64,000 nucleotides of DNA from Camelus dromedarius (taxonomy: Eukaryota), in contig NC_087437.1 of NCBI RefSeq assembly GCF_036321535.1, positions 19,842,001 to 19,906,000 on the forward strand, read 5' to 3'. Positions 1 to 12,511 of the stretch are shown in pieces. Made by a program: the position numbers and the translations under genes. The first letter of the stretch is position 1; every line of letters starts with the position of its first letter. Under the pieces are notes generated by a model. That model made no database searches and had not been told where the DNA came from. It was given only the letters and a program-made list of their open reading frames with translations.

Positions 1-275
1 CCTGGTATTTTTCCAAGACTCTCTCTCTAGTCTTTCTCTGATGCCTGAAATATTGTTTGAGGGCAGCAAACTTTTGTTCTATAATGAGAAAAAAGGCCAA
101 AGGAGAAAATGATCCTTTGAAAGAAGACAAGTGGATATATATGAACTTAAAAGTGTGACTGATTTCTAGGAGATGCTTTCCTGGAAGAAGGGCTAGACAG
201 GAAAGTGATCAGGGCTGAAGGTACCAAAACTTTTATGCAGGGATGTTCTATGAGAAAGGAATGGGCGTGGGAGTC

Positions 276-390
276 GGGGGAGGATACAGCCCAGTGGTAG
301 GGCGCGTGCTTAGGTCCTGGATTCAATCTTCCATCCCTCCAAAAATAAAATAAAATAAAATAAATTCTGAATTACCCCCCCCCCAAAAAA
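276..390 (+). mobile_element. tRNA-derived SINE, camelid Vic-1 type (internally deleted copy)
   Basis: GGGGGAGGATACAGCCCAGTGGTAG head and GATTCAATC B-box variant. (TAAAA)n linker, AATTACCCCC motif and A tail are shared with the other three copies. About 10 bp are missing between the A and B boxes. Confidence 0.8.
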
Positions 391-1271
391 AGGAATAGGA
401 ACAAACAGGAGAGGCTGATGATTGCCAAGACAGACTCCATTTTATAGCCTTGCTACCACCTTGGGAGAAATAACCCTCTACTTAGGTTCCTGTTACGTTA
501 AACCAAAGCAGTAGGTTGTTGATTTACATTCATCTATGACCACTATGTTCTCATGTATCACCTTCACTGCCCTTCACCCACAGACACTCACAGATGCTTA
601 GGAGCCAGAAAAGGATGGCAAGGAGGTAAGCTGTGCATGGCTATTCTTTCCCCTCTGTAACGATCACCCTGGACCAGTTGTCAGCAGCACTCCAATCACT
701 CACATTTCTGTGTCAAGAAGTTTGGTAATTTATCATCTGTATATTTTAATCAGAGCAAGAGATGCCCGGAGTGAATTTCATCAATCTTGAGGGAGGAGAG
801 GTTTGACCCCTGGCCCTCCCTGCACCCCCAGCCTGTGTGATTCCATGATGGATGATACAAAGTTATGTAGGGTAACGGGAAGGTGTCTTACTAGCTCAGA
901 GAGGGATGCGATGATGTTACAGAAGCTCACTGGGCTTCAGCCTCCTCCTCTCTAAACTGGGGACACTGTGGCCTACTTGCAGGGTGGTTCTGAAGATCCT
1001 TGAGTAAAGCTTCTAGCACAGGGCCAGCACATGGTTGGGGCTGCACAGCCTTAGTTTTCTTACCTCTCTCAATTCTTGTTTTTAGAAGTTATTGCTGTCA
1101 TTCTGTGTGACTATCAAATTCTTGTTCAGCTGTGCAGCTCTGTTGACAGGGTAATGCACAGATTTCATCTGCTTCCCATAGTTTCAGACAGATTCACGTC
1201 CCTGGGTCTCTGCAGTCTTGTGTTGTTGATGCTTCAGTCCTGAGGCAAAAACCACCACATCGAGACCCTCT

Positions 1272-1440
1272 TTGTGCCAAGCATGTTACATAAACGATCT
1301 CAGTTGAACCTCCAGAAAGTCCAGAAAGGTAGGCATTATGTCCATTTTAGAGAGGAAAAGATGGAGTCTCAGGAAGGTGAAATGATTTCCCAGTGATCAC
1401 ACGTAGTCAAGAGGGATGTTATTTAGAGTGTGCCTGACGA
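1272..1440 (-). mobile_element. MIR SINE fragment
   Basis: Reverse-orientation MIR core: CCATTTTAGAGAGGAAAAGATGGAGTCTCAGGAAGGTGAAATGATTTCCC. Boundaries approximate. Confidence 0.7.
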
Positions 1441-2368
1441 GTGCAGACACTGTCATCCCCCCGATCACAAGGACTCCCCTGTGGGTGGCCACGTGAAGAA
1501 GGGCACTTTCCTGGGAGAAATGGGGCTGCTTCCACTGTTTTGATGTTGGTATATTTGCCTCGCTGACTTCCGGAAATGGAGTTCTTAAAATAACCAGTCT
1601 CCTCATTTCATCATCCTGCCACCTGCCTAAAAAGGATAAAAATTAGTGATGCACGTTTGATTTCCTTCTCTCTGATTGACATGGAGATTCTACGCTCTTG
1701 GCAGAGGTTGTGTCTGTATGGTCTGGGCACCATATGTGCGAGACTTGTTAGGTTCTATTCCAGGCTCTGTGCCAGGCACTCTGGACATAGCTCTCTCTCT
1801 CTAGGGCTCCCAAGCCACAGCAGACGCTTACAACCAGATACTCCTCAAGCGATGATTTGAAGTGAGGGAGAGTCTAGTCCAGTGCAGGGCCAGCCTCAGT
1901 TTCGTTATGCAAGAGGCAGTGTTTGTCCTGGGCAGACACCACTCTTTCTGTAGGGACCCATTACAGTCAGGTGGAGGGTGGCCCTGAAGTTTGCAGGAGA
2001 GGGCCTAGGGCCACCTGCTTTTGCATGCAGGTCTACCTTTTGTAAGCTCCGGGAATCCAGATGATTCACTTCACCTCCCTGGGTCTCAGAATCTTCATCT
2101 ACAAATAGATCCAAGGGGCCCTTTCAGAGTTCAGGGGCAGATAAACTGACAGCTGGTGGTTCTCGGCACAGTGCCTGGAACATGGCAGGTTCCCCTCAGG
2201 TCCACAGACTGCTCCCCTCGAGTTTATCTCTTTTCCTTCTTCTTCTCCTCCAGATGGACTTTCACAGTCCCTGAGTACTTGGATTTTAGATGCATTTGGC
2301 AGTAATGTGTTTCATTTCTCTTTCCAGTGAGGAACAATCTGTATTTGTTGAATTGAAGGCTACCTTGT

Positions 2369-2850
2369 TGTTGGCTGAAAAAGTGCACAACCTAAAAGTT
2401 GAGAGTTATGTTTTATTGGGTGGACATTTCTGAGGTCTTAAGCCCAGGCTGACAGCCTCTCAGATCGCTCTGAGGGACTGCTCCAAAGAGGCAGTCAGGA
2501 TACACAGGAGTTTCTGCAACAAAGACAAGGTAGTCGGAACATTAAAAGATTACTGCTAATTAAAGAAAACCAGATACCTCAAGCTATGTATGGGAAGGTG
2601 CAAAAGTCTGGGCTCATTGAAATCATTCCTTTAATATGCACCTTCGCCATCTAGGGCCAGTACTCTGTTCCTCCACATCCTGAGTCCCATCTGGGTGTAC
2701 CATTAGGGGTGGCTGCCAAGGCCAGGCTGCCTACTTGTCTGCATCCTGAGATCCCTCTTCTCACTGTCAGGGGTGGTGGTAGTGGCTGATGACTTGATGG
2801 CCACAGCATCCTTTGTTTACTGATACAGCTGGCAATATTTTTCATTCACA
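2369..2850 (-). mobile_element. Solo LTR, probably ERV1 class
   Basis: TG...CA termini (TGTTGGCTG...CATTCACA), ~480 bp. AATAAA on the minus strand near the left end (TTTATT ~2412). Flanks TTGT/TTTT fit an imperfect 4 bp TSD. Confidence 0.75.
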
Positions 2851-4932
2851 TTTTGGTACTTGGCTTCCTGGGCAGGCTTTAGCTGGACCATGGTTTTTGA
2901 GTTGTCTTAAGGGAATGACCAATTTCTAATAATGACCAACTTCTGGTGGGATGTTGAACTCTTGATGGAGTGGCTACAGTGTTTGAAGATTTGGCCAATT
3001 CCTAATGTGATGGCCAGTTGGTAAGAGGCCAGTTCCTGGTGTGTGGGCCAATTTCTGCCTCAAGAAAGGTCAACTATCATGTATTGAACATCTACTATGG
3101 ATCCAACCCAGTGCAGGGATGTATGAATTATATGTGATTTAAAGCCCTCCATGAGATTGGCATGTAGATGACAGCGATTAAGAGTCTGGGTTCTCACATC
3201 ATAGTACCTGGTTCAAATTTAATTTTTTTTCTGCTTTAAGCATGTGACTTAATCACCGTGTGTCTCTGTGATGATAACAGAATCTCTGTCATAGGGTTTG
3301 GGGGCAGAATTATCTCCTGCCACATAGTCAGTGTCCATTAACATTTAGTTGCCCTTATTTTTATCCAGATAAGGAAACCATGACTTGGGAAGTAACAGTG
3401 AGTCTTCCTCTTCTATGAGGAAAACCCAAGTGTAAACCTAGCCTTAAATCTTGCCTGAGATCTAATTCTGTTTCTCAGAATTGTCCTGTACTCATGTTTG
3501 GTTCAGACCTAGCAATGTCAGGACAGAAGCCTCTCAGTGGTTGGGAGGGATACCTATGAGATGGGGGCGTCCTGGGTACATCATGGCACTGAGACATCAG
3601 GTTAACGGCAGGGCCGTGGTAGATCTCTCTTCAGTGCAGACTTCCGGTACCCCCACAGGAGGCACACCCTGCCGGTGGGGAAGGGCAGAGTTCACAGAGT
3701 CTCCATAGGTCTCACGGGCAGAGACTGAGCCTGACTGATGCCAGTTGGCTGTGTGAGAAGTGAGTGAAGACCATCCCGTTGCTGAATAACAAGTTCCGTG
3801 GGAGGAGTGGCTTTCAGCCCTCCTGCGGTCTCTCTCTCTATCCCTATAGCCATGCCGGGAGGTGTGCATGTGGCCCTGTACTTCTCTGAGGTCAGGGAAG
3901 GTTACATCCTGCCTTACAGCACGTGTCAGCAAAGGCAAGATGTGAACTTGGGTTTGTTGGACCCTTTCGTCTGTGCTCCTCCTCTACCCATGCTGCCTTT
4001 CCAGGGCGATAGGACTCCAGAGCCCACAGAGGGTCAGGGGAGGATCCCGGCAAGGGACTAGGGAGCAACTGGCAACAGACAGCTCATGATCCCAGGAAGC
4101 AGTTAGGTTGAGCAGAGCTCCGTAGGAAGGAGGTGAGATGGGGCTATACTAAGAGGACACCTGAGAGTCAAGGAGGTGTGGGTGTGGGCTAGATTGCTGA
4201 GCACAGGCCCCCTGGGATGCCTCGGCCCCAGGCAGCACTGCCCACGTGCACAGTGGTGGGAAAGTGCTGGTAAACCTGGCTGTCACTCCTACCCTCAAAT
4301 AGCCGGGGCAGATGCATGGCTCTCACTCTCCCTGACCCTGCACCCAGTATGTTCCTGGTAACCTCTAGTGGGGTTCCACTTCAATACCAAAGCCCTGGCC
4401 TTTACTCTCCTTGAGTCAGGGCATCTCATATTTGGGACACAGGAATGGATAGTGATCTTGAGATTCCGGTGAAAGCTATAGACCTTCTCCCCAGAACAGT
4501 GTACTTCCCAAGTGTTGCATACCACTTCAGAGGGTATCTAGGCCTCATGAGAGTTCTCCATCAGTTCCAGAAAAGTCTAAAATCTGGTGATAAACCTTGC
4601 ATTAAACTAGTGGGTTGAACAAAAGTCAATGGTACAAACAATTTCATGTGCAGTAATAAACAAACATAAAAACAGATAAAATACCTTACACTAAACTTAA
4701 GAAATGTGCAGTAGCTATGAGAAAACATCACAATCTTATTGACAGCAAAAATGAAGCTGTGAATAAACGGATGGATAGAAAGTGTTCTTGGATGGTAAGA
4801 GTCAACATTTAAAAATGTAAATTCTCCCACTATTCATCATTAAATTCTAAACAATCCCAACCAATAGACCAAAATCAGTTTGGTTGTTTAGATGGAATAA
4901 CTTTCAAAAATGATACTAGAGTTCATTTAGAA

Positions 4933-5149
4933 CAGAGGTTGGCAAACAATGGCTCATGGAAATCCAGCCCATAGCTGTTTTTGTAAGTAAAGTTTTATTG
5001 GAACACAGCCACACTCAAAATTTGTTTACAGGTGACCTGTGGCTGTTTTCCAGCTACAAAGACAGAGTTGAGTAGTTACTACTTAGAGACTGTATGGTCC
5101 ACAAAAAGCCTACAATATTTACTGCCTGTCTCTTAGTTTGCAGACTTCT
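4933..5149. mobile_element. hAT-Charlie MITE, MER58A-like
   Basis: Begins CAGAGGTTGGCAAAC. Contains TTTTGTAAGTAAAGTTTTATTGGAACACAGCCAC and CAGAGTTGAGTAGTT. Ends TTTGCAGACTTCT (degenerate terminal inverted repeat, TIR). Confidence 0.8.
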
Positions 5150-5503
5150 CACCCAGAAAGTTAAATACATGAAAACAGCCACAAAAACATAAGGAAAGAT
5201 TTATATGTTCAGACTAGCCTTACCAAATTTCAAAATGTTTTATAAATACACACTGCTTCAATCAGTTTGGTATTGGTAGATGAATAGAAAATTGTTCAAT
5301 GCAATGGAAGAGTGCAGAAACAGGTCCAAGCATTGGGAGAATTTATATCTAGTATAAGGTAACATTTCAAATGAGCAGGAAAAGATGGACTATTCAATAG
5401 ACTAGGTTGATATCTAGAAAAGGAAGAAAAATCTCAATACTTTCGTTATGTCTTATGTGAAAGAAATTTTAGATGAATACAATATTTAATAATAATCAAT
5501 GGA

Positions 5504-5651
5504 GGGGGGAGGGTATAGCTCAAGTGGTAGAATGCATGCTTAGCATGCGTGAGGTTCTGGGTTCAATCCTCAGTACCTCCTCTAAAACTATATAAAATAA
5601 ACCTAGTTACCTCCCCCCAACAAATAATAATAATAATAAATAATAATAATG
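5504..5651 (+). mobile_element. tRNA-derived SINE, camelid Vic-1 type
   Basis: GGGGGGAGGGTATAGCTCAAGTGGTAGA (A box) ... GGGTTCAATCC (B box), TTACCTCCCCCC motif, (TAA)n tail. TSD ATAATCAATG at 5492-5501 and 5652-5661. Confidence 0.92.
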
Positions 5652-6301
5652 ATAATCAATGTAATCATAAAAAGGCTAAAAGGAAACAAAGGTACAAAAG
5701 ACAGGTTGATATATTTTACTTGAGAATTTTTGTAAAGGCTGCTTAGTAAATTTACTATGGTGAAGGCAAAAGACACTTGAAAAACAAGACAAAGTATCCT
5801 CAACACAAGAGACAGATATTGTAAGCAAAGAGTGCCAACAAATCAATGAGAAAATAATAAAACAATCTAATCAGCAAAGAGCATCAATAAGCAGTTCACA
5901 CATAGACAACAAAGAAATCAAAAATACCAAATAAACATATGGAAAATGCTCATTCTTCCCCTGATTAAAGAAGTGTAAACTAAAACAACTCTGATGTATC
6001 TTAATTTACCTGTCAGGTGAGCAGATTGGCAAAGATATAAAAAGGGTCAAGGGTGTGTGGAAACAGACATTTGCATACATAGCTTGGAAAGAGCAATTGC
6101 AGTCTCGCTGGAGGGTAATTTGACTGCTCTTATGAACATGTAAATTCATCTACACTTTGACACGTGTTGCACATTTAGAAGTTTATCCTACAGGCATACT
6201 CAAACACAGAGATACTTGGAAAAAGAGATTAATTGCACATTGTTCGTATTAGTAACATAATAGGAAACGACCTAGACACCCATCATTAAGGTTTCATTGT
6301 G

Positions 6302-6800
6302 TCAGTGTTTCTCATACCTGAGTAATGCATTCATTCCATTCAAGGAAAAAAGGAATTCTCAGAAACCCATTCTGTTGAATGTAATTATTTTTATTATGAG
6401 TTTTCTCTAAAATGTGGAACTATTGAACTAAGTGTAAACCTCAAAGTTTATATTTCTTATAACCCTATAAATCCAAAACATGTATAAATTATATACAGAC
6501 AAATACAAAACCAATAAAATTCAAGTTAACACTATCAAGTTTATAAGATGCATATATTCTGCTGAAACTGAAGGGTGGATGTTGTGTTACCAACAGGGTT
6601 GTATTGACATGGATTCAGTTTTATGTATTAAAATCTATACTTTAAGTTCTGTAATACTAATGAAAGGAAGGCCTGCTTACATAAATAGGCTTTTAAATTA
6701 TATAAATTCATTTAGGTTTCATTCGTTAGTTCAGGCTACTCAGATCCATGATTAATCAAAACCTTCAAATGCCAGTTTTAATGAGCTATCGCTGAGAATC
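6302..6800. mobile_element. Possible old hAT-Charlie DNA transposon remnant
   Basis: Starts with the Charlie-like terminus CAGTGTTTCTCA, followed by very AT-rich sequence. The other terminus was not found. Confidence 0.3.
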
Positions 6801-6959
6801 CCGTGAAGCCAGCCAGTTTATTTGAAGATAAAGTTAGTATGTTAGCTTATTGAAATGTATGTTAAATAGTCAGGAATCTAATTATCGCTGGAACTGAGAC
6901 CAGAAACATTCTTCCTGGGGTATTGACTGTGGTGCTTTTTGCTAATGAGTCGAGGCACG

Positions 6960-6970
6960 GCGCATGCGCA
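6960..6970. promoter_or_regulatory. NRF1-type palindromic motif GCGCATGCGCA in a small CpG cluster
   Basis: Exact GCGCATGCGC palindrome with several neighbouring CpGs (6950-7000) in CpG-poor surroundings. Confidence 0.45.
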
Positions 6971-8639
6971 TACACCCACAGACGGCTGCGGAGGGCGTGT
7001 TTTGAGTTCTGGTCCTGCCTTTCTACCAGAGGATTCAATTTCCACCCTTCACTTTTCTCTTTTCAAGTTACTTTGAAATTTTTATTCCCACAGACAGCCA
7101 CGATGTCGTTTGATCTTCATTTGCAGTGACTGCAGCACAGATGATGGTGCTGCATCTTTGGGCAGCTCTTGATTAAACGATAGCCGTCCACATGGTCCAA
7201 AACGTGGCTCTGACTCATTGACTTAGGAGATACCCTCGAAATGAACATGCAGAATCACCACGTCTGACTACAGGCTCACTATGCTATGGTGGAATCGGAG
7301 TTCAGAGGAGCTGGAAGTGAGGGGTGAGGGGAGAAAAAGGAGTCCCAGCCCCAAAGTCGTAGTCACAGTCACCCCCCCAGGGTGTATTTCCTGGCAGCCT
7401 GGGATTTGTCTTTGAAACCATGCCTGAGCTTTGGAGCCAGGACAACATGGATTCTGATGTGGGCTGTGCCTCTTACTTTCCAGCTGACTAATTTGGGGCT
7501 TGCAGAATGGTGAGTGCCAAAGTGGCACTGTGGGCAGCTGGGTTCACGGCTCGGGGCCACTCACCGCCTTCTGCCAGGCCTGACTGATCCCCGCTCCTCA
7601 CTCACGATGCCATGAGCTCCACCAGTCAGGGTCCCCTAAGGCAGTGGTCACGGGCAGCGGAGGAGGGTGGGGAGAGGTGCATCAGGCTGCCTTCAAAGAT
7701 CTGGACCACGCAACTCGGGGCGGTTAAGTAGATGTTGGCAGAGAGCATTTAAGTATTTAAAATCTTTACATTAGATGTTTTCATGCACTTCCCTGCCAAG
7801 AAGTGCAAAGGGTGCTTGGTTTAACTATGGTTATTTACAGCCCCAAGAAAGTGGCTGGCAGTTCGCGGGAAGCCAAGGGTTTTATTTCTCACTCCTGTTT
7901 TCCATTTCTGGGATTTATGGTCCCTGGGTCTGGCAGAACTCCTCTGCAAAGCTCTGAACGCAGTCCTCTCCTGCCTCACCCCGCTCTCTGGAGGCTCCAG
8001 GAAGGCACAGGCAGCATGTCCTTGTGAGAGGAGACCCAGAAGCTGGTGATGCTGCCCTGGGGCAACTGGCCAGGCAGGCCATCCTCCTCCATTTTTGGCT
8101 CTGAGAACACCTGCTCCAAAGCTCTTGGCATAAAAACTGAGGTCAAAGCTACAACTTGCTGCTGGGTTTTTTGTTTTTTGTTTTTTGTTTTTTCCATCTG
8201 CCATTTGACCTTTGATTTTTCCTTAGGTAAAAAGTGTATTTTTAAAAAACTGCCCTTTTCTGCTCAGGGCTATTATCATCCATATTTGTCTTGATTCTTT
8301 GGCCATTTAGTATCTGAGAGAGATTTCCTCACCTTACCTAACTCCTGCCCGTGAGGGTTTTGCACAGGAGGTCCAGTTTGGGGTGTGCATTGGCCTGGGC
8401 AGTGACTGGAGCTGCCCCTCCCCTCTGGGCAGCTCCTGGACCACCTGGTGAAGATGGTATCTGTTCTTGGCACATAGGAGTTGCTTCATGGATGACTGCT
8501 GAGGACATGAAGGGGCGCAGGGTCCCCGGTTGTGTGGGCCTGTCCACAGAAGTCCAGTTTGCCTGCCTGCCCAGATTGGTACATTAAACTAGGTTCATAG
8601 AGATATAAAAACAATACTAATATTCATCGTAATATTCAA

Positions 8640-8815
8640 TGCACCTGAGCATGTACTTGTACCAACCTCTTCTAATGCTCACGACAACCTTGTGAGGGAG
8701 GTACTCGTATTACTCTCAGTTTACAGATGAGGAAATAGAGGCCCAGAGCGGTTAAGGGATATGCACAAGGTCGCAAAGCGAGTTGATTGCAAATGTCACC
8801 ACAGTCCCAGTTGAC
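8640..8815 (-). mobile_element. MIR SINE
   Basis: CAGTTTACAGATGAGGAAATAGAGGCCCAGAGCGGTTAAGGGATATGCACAAGGTCGCA is the reverse MIR core. Confidence 0.8.
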
Positions 8816-9179
8816 TCCTGAACCTGCATTTGTGGCCAGTATGAGATGTAGTCTTCTTTCGGATTATTTGAGTTCCTTTGGCATTAAAGTCTCTCCTTGT
8901 AGAAACGAGCAGGGGTTCTCCTCTAACCCCGTTGGAGTAACTTCTCCAGCTTCCCAATCGGGGCCTCTCTCTCCACTGAACCTCCTGCCTGGAGCCCTCT
9001 CTTGGCCCACATCTCTTTCTGGCCCTTTTCCTGGACCCACGTCTTGGCTCTGCCTGGCATTGTCTGCATCCTAAGGTAGACGCCAACTCTGGAAGCACCA
9101 GTCCTGCCCAGCAAAATGCCTCCACTAGTAATTCCAGTGCTGGTTACTTCCTCCTCCTTTCTCATCAACTGCATCAGAA

Positions 9180-9590
9180 GTTGATCATTTTTATTTGCTT
9201 TTTCAAAGAACCTGCCAATGGCTTTCTCGACCCTCTCTAAATTACACTGATTATTTTATCAGTAGTGGCTTTAGTCTTTATTATCATCTTTCTTCTACTT
9301 CCGTGATTTAATTTTGCTCATCTTTTTCAGTTTAGGAAGATGGACGTTTTAGCTCATTCATATTTGTCCTTTCCTCACTTGGGGCTGTGCATTTTCCTCT
9401 GAGAATACTCCTTTAGCCGATCCCTCCTTGTGTCGATGTGTATATTTTTTATGTCATTGAATTCGAAATGTTTTCTGTTCGTATCATAATTTCTTTTTTG
9501 ACTCATGGGTTGTTTAGAAGTGTGCTTCTTAACTTTCAGATAAATAGGGGAATTCTTTGGCTTTATCTTTTGATGATGGATTTCTCCTTA
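9180..9590 (-). mobile_element. Ancient L1 ORF2 fragment
   Basis: T-rich. TTTTCAAAGAACC, TTTTCCTCTGAG and TTGACTCATGGGTTGTTTAGAAGTGTG motifs typical of antisense L1M ORF2. Confidence 0.7.
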
Positions 9591-11009
9591 AATACTAATA
9601 CTCTTACATCCAGACAGAACCCCCACCCGGTTATTCCTCCCGACACTGTGTTCACATCTTCTCCCACCCTCCCGGCTCAGGCCGTGTCGGTGTCTCCGTT
9701 TCACAAATGAAGACATCGAGGTTGAAGACTTCGTCCGGTGTCGTGCAGCTATTGTGTGAGCTGGAGTTGTGGAGGCAGCAGGAGGAGTGTGGTCCAGTCA
9801 AACCCAGCTCTCCCTGATCCTGAGGCTCAGCTCTGCCTCCACCTCCTCTCCATTTCATAGTCACTGGGGAAGGGAACAAGTGAGGGCTTTAGTGTTGGCA
9901 GAGGGATGGGGGAATCCACGCCATCATCACTCAGGTGGGCCTGGCTCCTGCTGCCCTGCAGCTACCCTTTTACTTGCTGCCTTGTGCTCATGTTCGCTAA
10001 TTAAAATGCTCCCTGCAGACTTTCTGGGTGACTTTCGAGAAACTCATGCTCTGGTCACTGGTTCTCCTCATTTCAGCCCTCCCAGGAAAGGAGAAATGCT
10101 CCTACAGTCAGAGTAGCAAAAAACGAGTTATAAAAATGCAAAAATCGCTTGAGGGAAGGCCCTGCCTGGGGTTGTGAGTGGCGTGTCATTTGAGCAGTAG
10201 ATGGATGTCAGTGCCTGCCTCCCACGCCCCACTTGACAGGCAGACCTGCTGGCAAGCGGCTCCTTTATGATTCCACCATTAAACAAGCCCATCTGGGTGG
10301 TTCATCCTTAGCAAATATTAAGGAGAAAAATGGGGACTCTGGTCATTATTTGGCACACAAGTTTTCATTATTGTGTTGTCCCCCAGCATGTTTTTTCTCT
10401 GCCCTCCTGGAGGTAATCTCTTTGCTGTCAAATTACTCAAGGCAGCCAGAGAGAGAATTTGCTCCTGAACATGTCCTTTCCAGAGCTCATCAATAAATAA
10501 TAAATAAACTTGGGAGTTTCTAGAGCTTTCTGTTCTATAATGAGATCATTTAAGCTTGAAGTAGTGAGAGGGTAAGTTCTTTAAGGAGAAATGCAGAGGT
10601 GATATGGTCCAGATATTTTGAGTGTTAGGGGTTTAACCTGCCAGGTGTCAATTCTTTAAAAATCTTTAAATGGCAAGTTAAATGCTGAATTCACAATTGG
10701 CCAAGAGCTAGGACAGACTCGGGTCAGCTGGTTCCAGGGCTGTCCCTAGGGAAGATGGCCCTGCATGCCTTGGGATCTTCACTCTTTTGACGTGAGCTCC
10801 ATGGCCAGTTTAGTTTGTGGTGCTTGTTTAGAGTGTGTATGGGCAGGAGGGACTGTTCATTTTTTATTAAAATAAGTTTTTCCCTTATACAGAAGCAATG
10901 TATGTTCACTCTGGATAAATCTCCTAAAATTTCATCACTCACGGATCATCACTTTCACTTTCTTGTGCATTTTTCAGACTTCTCAAGGAAAACATACACT
11001 TGTAAAAAA

Positions 11010-11560
11010 TGAATCTTACTGTGTGCATTTTCTTTGAATCTTACATTTACAAGTAACTGTATTTTGGAGATATATTTCTGTGTCAATAAATATTCTGATA
11101 TAGTGTGTTGATGGCTGCATTGTATTTCATTGTCTGAATGTACTGCATTTATTTAACCAGTATTATATTGTTGGGTTCTTTTTCTTTCTGCTATAAACAG
11201 TGTTGCAATAAACAACCTTAGAGTTAATTTGATATATACACCTTTAATCTTTCTAACCCTGGGATAAATCCCTAGAAGAATTATTGGATTCAACAAGAAC
11301 CTACTGTATAGGACAGGGAACTATATTCAATATCCTGTAATAACCTATAATGGAAAAGAATGTGGAAACGAATAGATATCATATTCATATATATATAAAC
11401 GGAATCATTATGTGTATGGGGCAGGAGGGACCTGACACTAACACAACATTGTAAATCAACTATACTTCAATAAAAATAAATTTTTAAAAAAGAGAATTAC
11501 TGGATTCCATGCTAGGCCCTTCTTTTTAATGCTTTTGATCTGCTTTGCCTAAGAGCGTTC
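11010..11560 (-). mobile_element. Old L1 3' fragment hosting a younger L1 insertion
   Basis: ATGGCTGCATTGTATTTCATTGT, CTATAAACAGTGTTGCAATAAAC and GGATAAATCCCTAGAAG are antisense L1M 3' motifs. The element resumes after 11507. Confidence 0.65.
11292..11492 (+). mobile_element. Young 5'-truncated L1 3' UTR fragment
   Basis: ACAGGGAACTATATTCAATATC...ACATTGTAAATCAACTATACTTCAATAAAA plus A tail. 15 bp TSD AGAATTAYTGGATTC at 11277-11291 and 11493-11507 (1 mismatch). Confidence 0.9.
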
Positions 11561-12471
11561 CACTTGAACTGAACCCATTATGCTCTCACTCACATGGTTC
11601 AAATGTGAAGGGTCTCTGTCTTTTATTCCCAATATGTAATGTAACAGACAAACTAGATGAATACTCCCAGGCCCGGTGGTTATGCATGGCCTGAGCACAG
11701 CTTCAGGGTGGCACCTGACACTCTAAATTGGAATCATTTGCTTCCTCTCCCATCTCTTCCACTGGAATGGAAGCCACTTGAGTGGAAGGATTCTTTTTAA
11801 TCTTTACAACTCCAATGCCTGGGACCTAGTGGGAGCTCAGTAAGTATTATTTCATTCATGCACTTAACAGATATTTATGGAGTGCTATGTTCTGGGGGCT
11901 CTTCTAGGCATTAGGGATACCTCAGTGAGTGAAGCAGGTTAACATCCCTGTTCTCATGGGGCTTTTGTGGACCTGCACTGTGTGGTCAGTGACTGTCCTC
12001 TCATCAGTGATGGCTTCTCCACCCTTTCAGGCCAGGCTTCTCTCCGAAGTCTTCCCTGAGCCCCTTGTACTTCTTGTGATCAGCAGCAGTGAATGCCTGC
12101 ATGATTTATTTGACACTTAACAGATTATGCAATGTGAATTGTTTTCTGTATTTTTATAGCTCTCAATTTAACCAGGGACATCTTGAAAGGGGAGAACACC
12201 ATGAAAATGGAGACCATAGTTTCTGCATCTGTGGGTTCATGGCTCTGAACACTGCCTTGCACAGAGCTGCTTTCCAGGGCAATGCTCTGCCCAGCCAGCC
12301 AGGCCCAGCCAGGCACCATACTCTGGAGCTGCTGGTCACGCCTCCTTTCTCTCCACTCTGGCTCCCCAGTACTTAATGCTTGAATTACCTTTTCCACATC
12401 TGCACTTACAAGGACAACGAACTCTAAGATGACTGGAAAAGGCCAAATTCTCTCAATGCAATGGAAAGCAT

Positions 12472-12511
12472 AGCAAACTTATTAGAAGCAAACTTATTAG
12501 AAGCAAACTTA
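12472..12511. repeat. 15 bp tandem repeat (AGCAAACTTATTAGA) x2.7
   Basis: Perfect copies at 12472, 12487 and a partial copy at 12502. Confidence 0.95.

Larger units (their letters stand above)
4690..6300 (+). mobile_element. Ancient L1 (L1M/L1ME-like) ORF2/3' remnant, interrupted by MER58-like and Vic-1 insertions
   Basis: A-rich. 4780-4865 resembles DNA for the L1 ORF2 segment WIGRLNIVKMSILP..RFNAIP. Further L1-like 3' motifs at 5870-6290. Heavily decayed. Confidence 0.7.

Noticed and set aside
5504..5580. tRNA-like sequence with A and B boxes (also ~276, ~36240, ~62610)
   Set aside because: These are SINE heads followed by SINE body and A-rich tail, mostly with TSDs; not tRNA genes.
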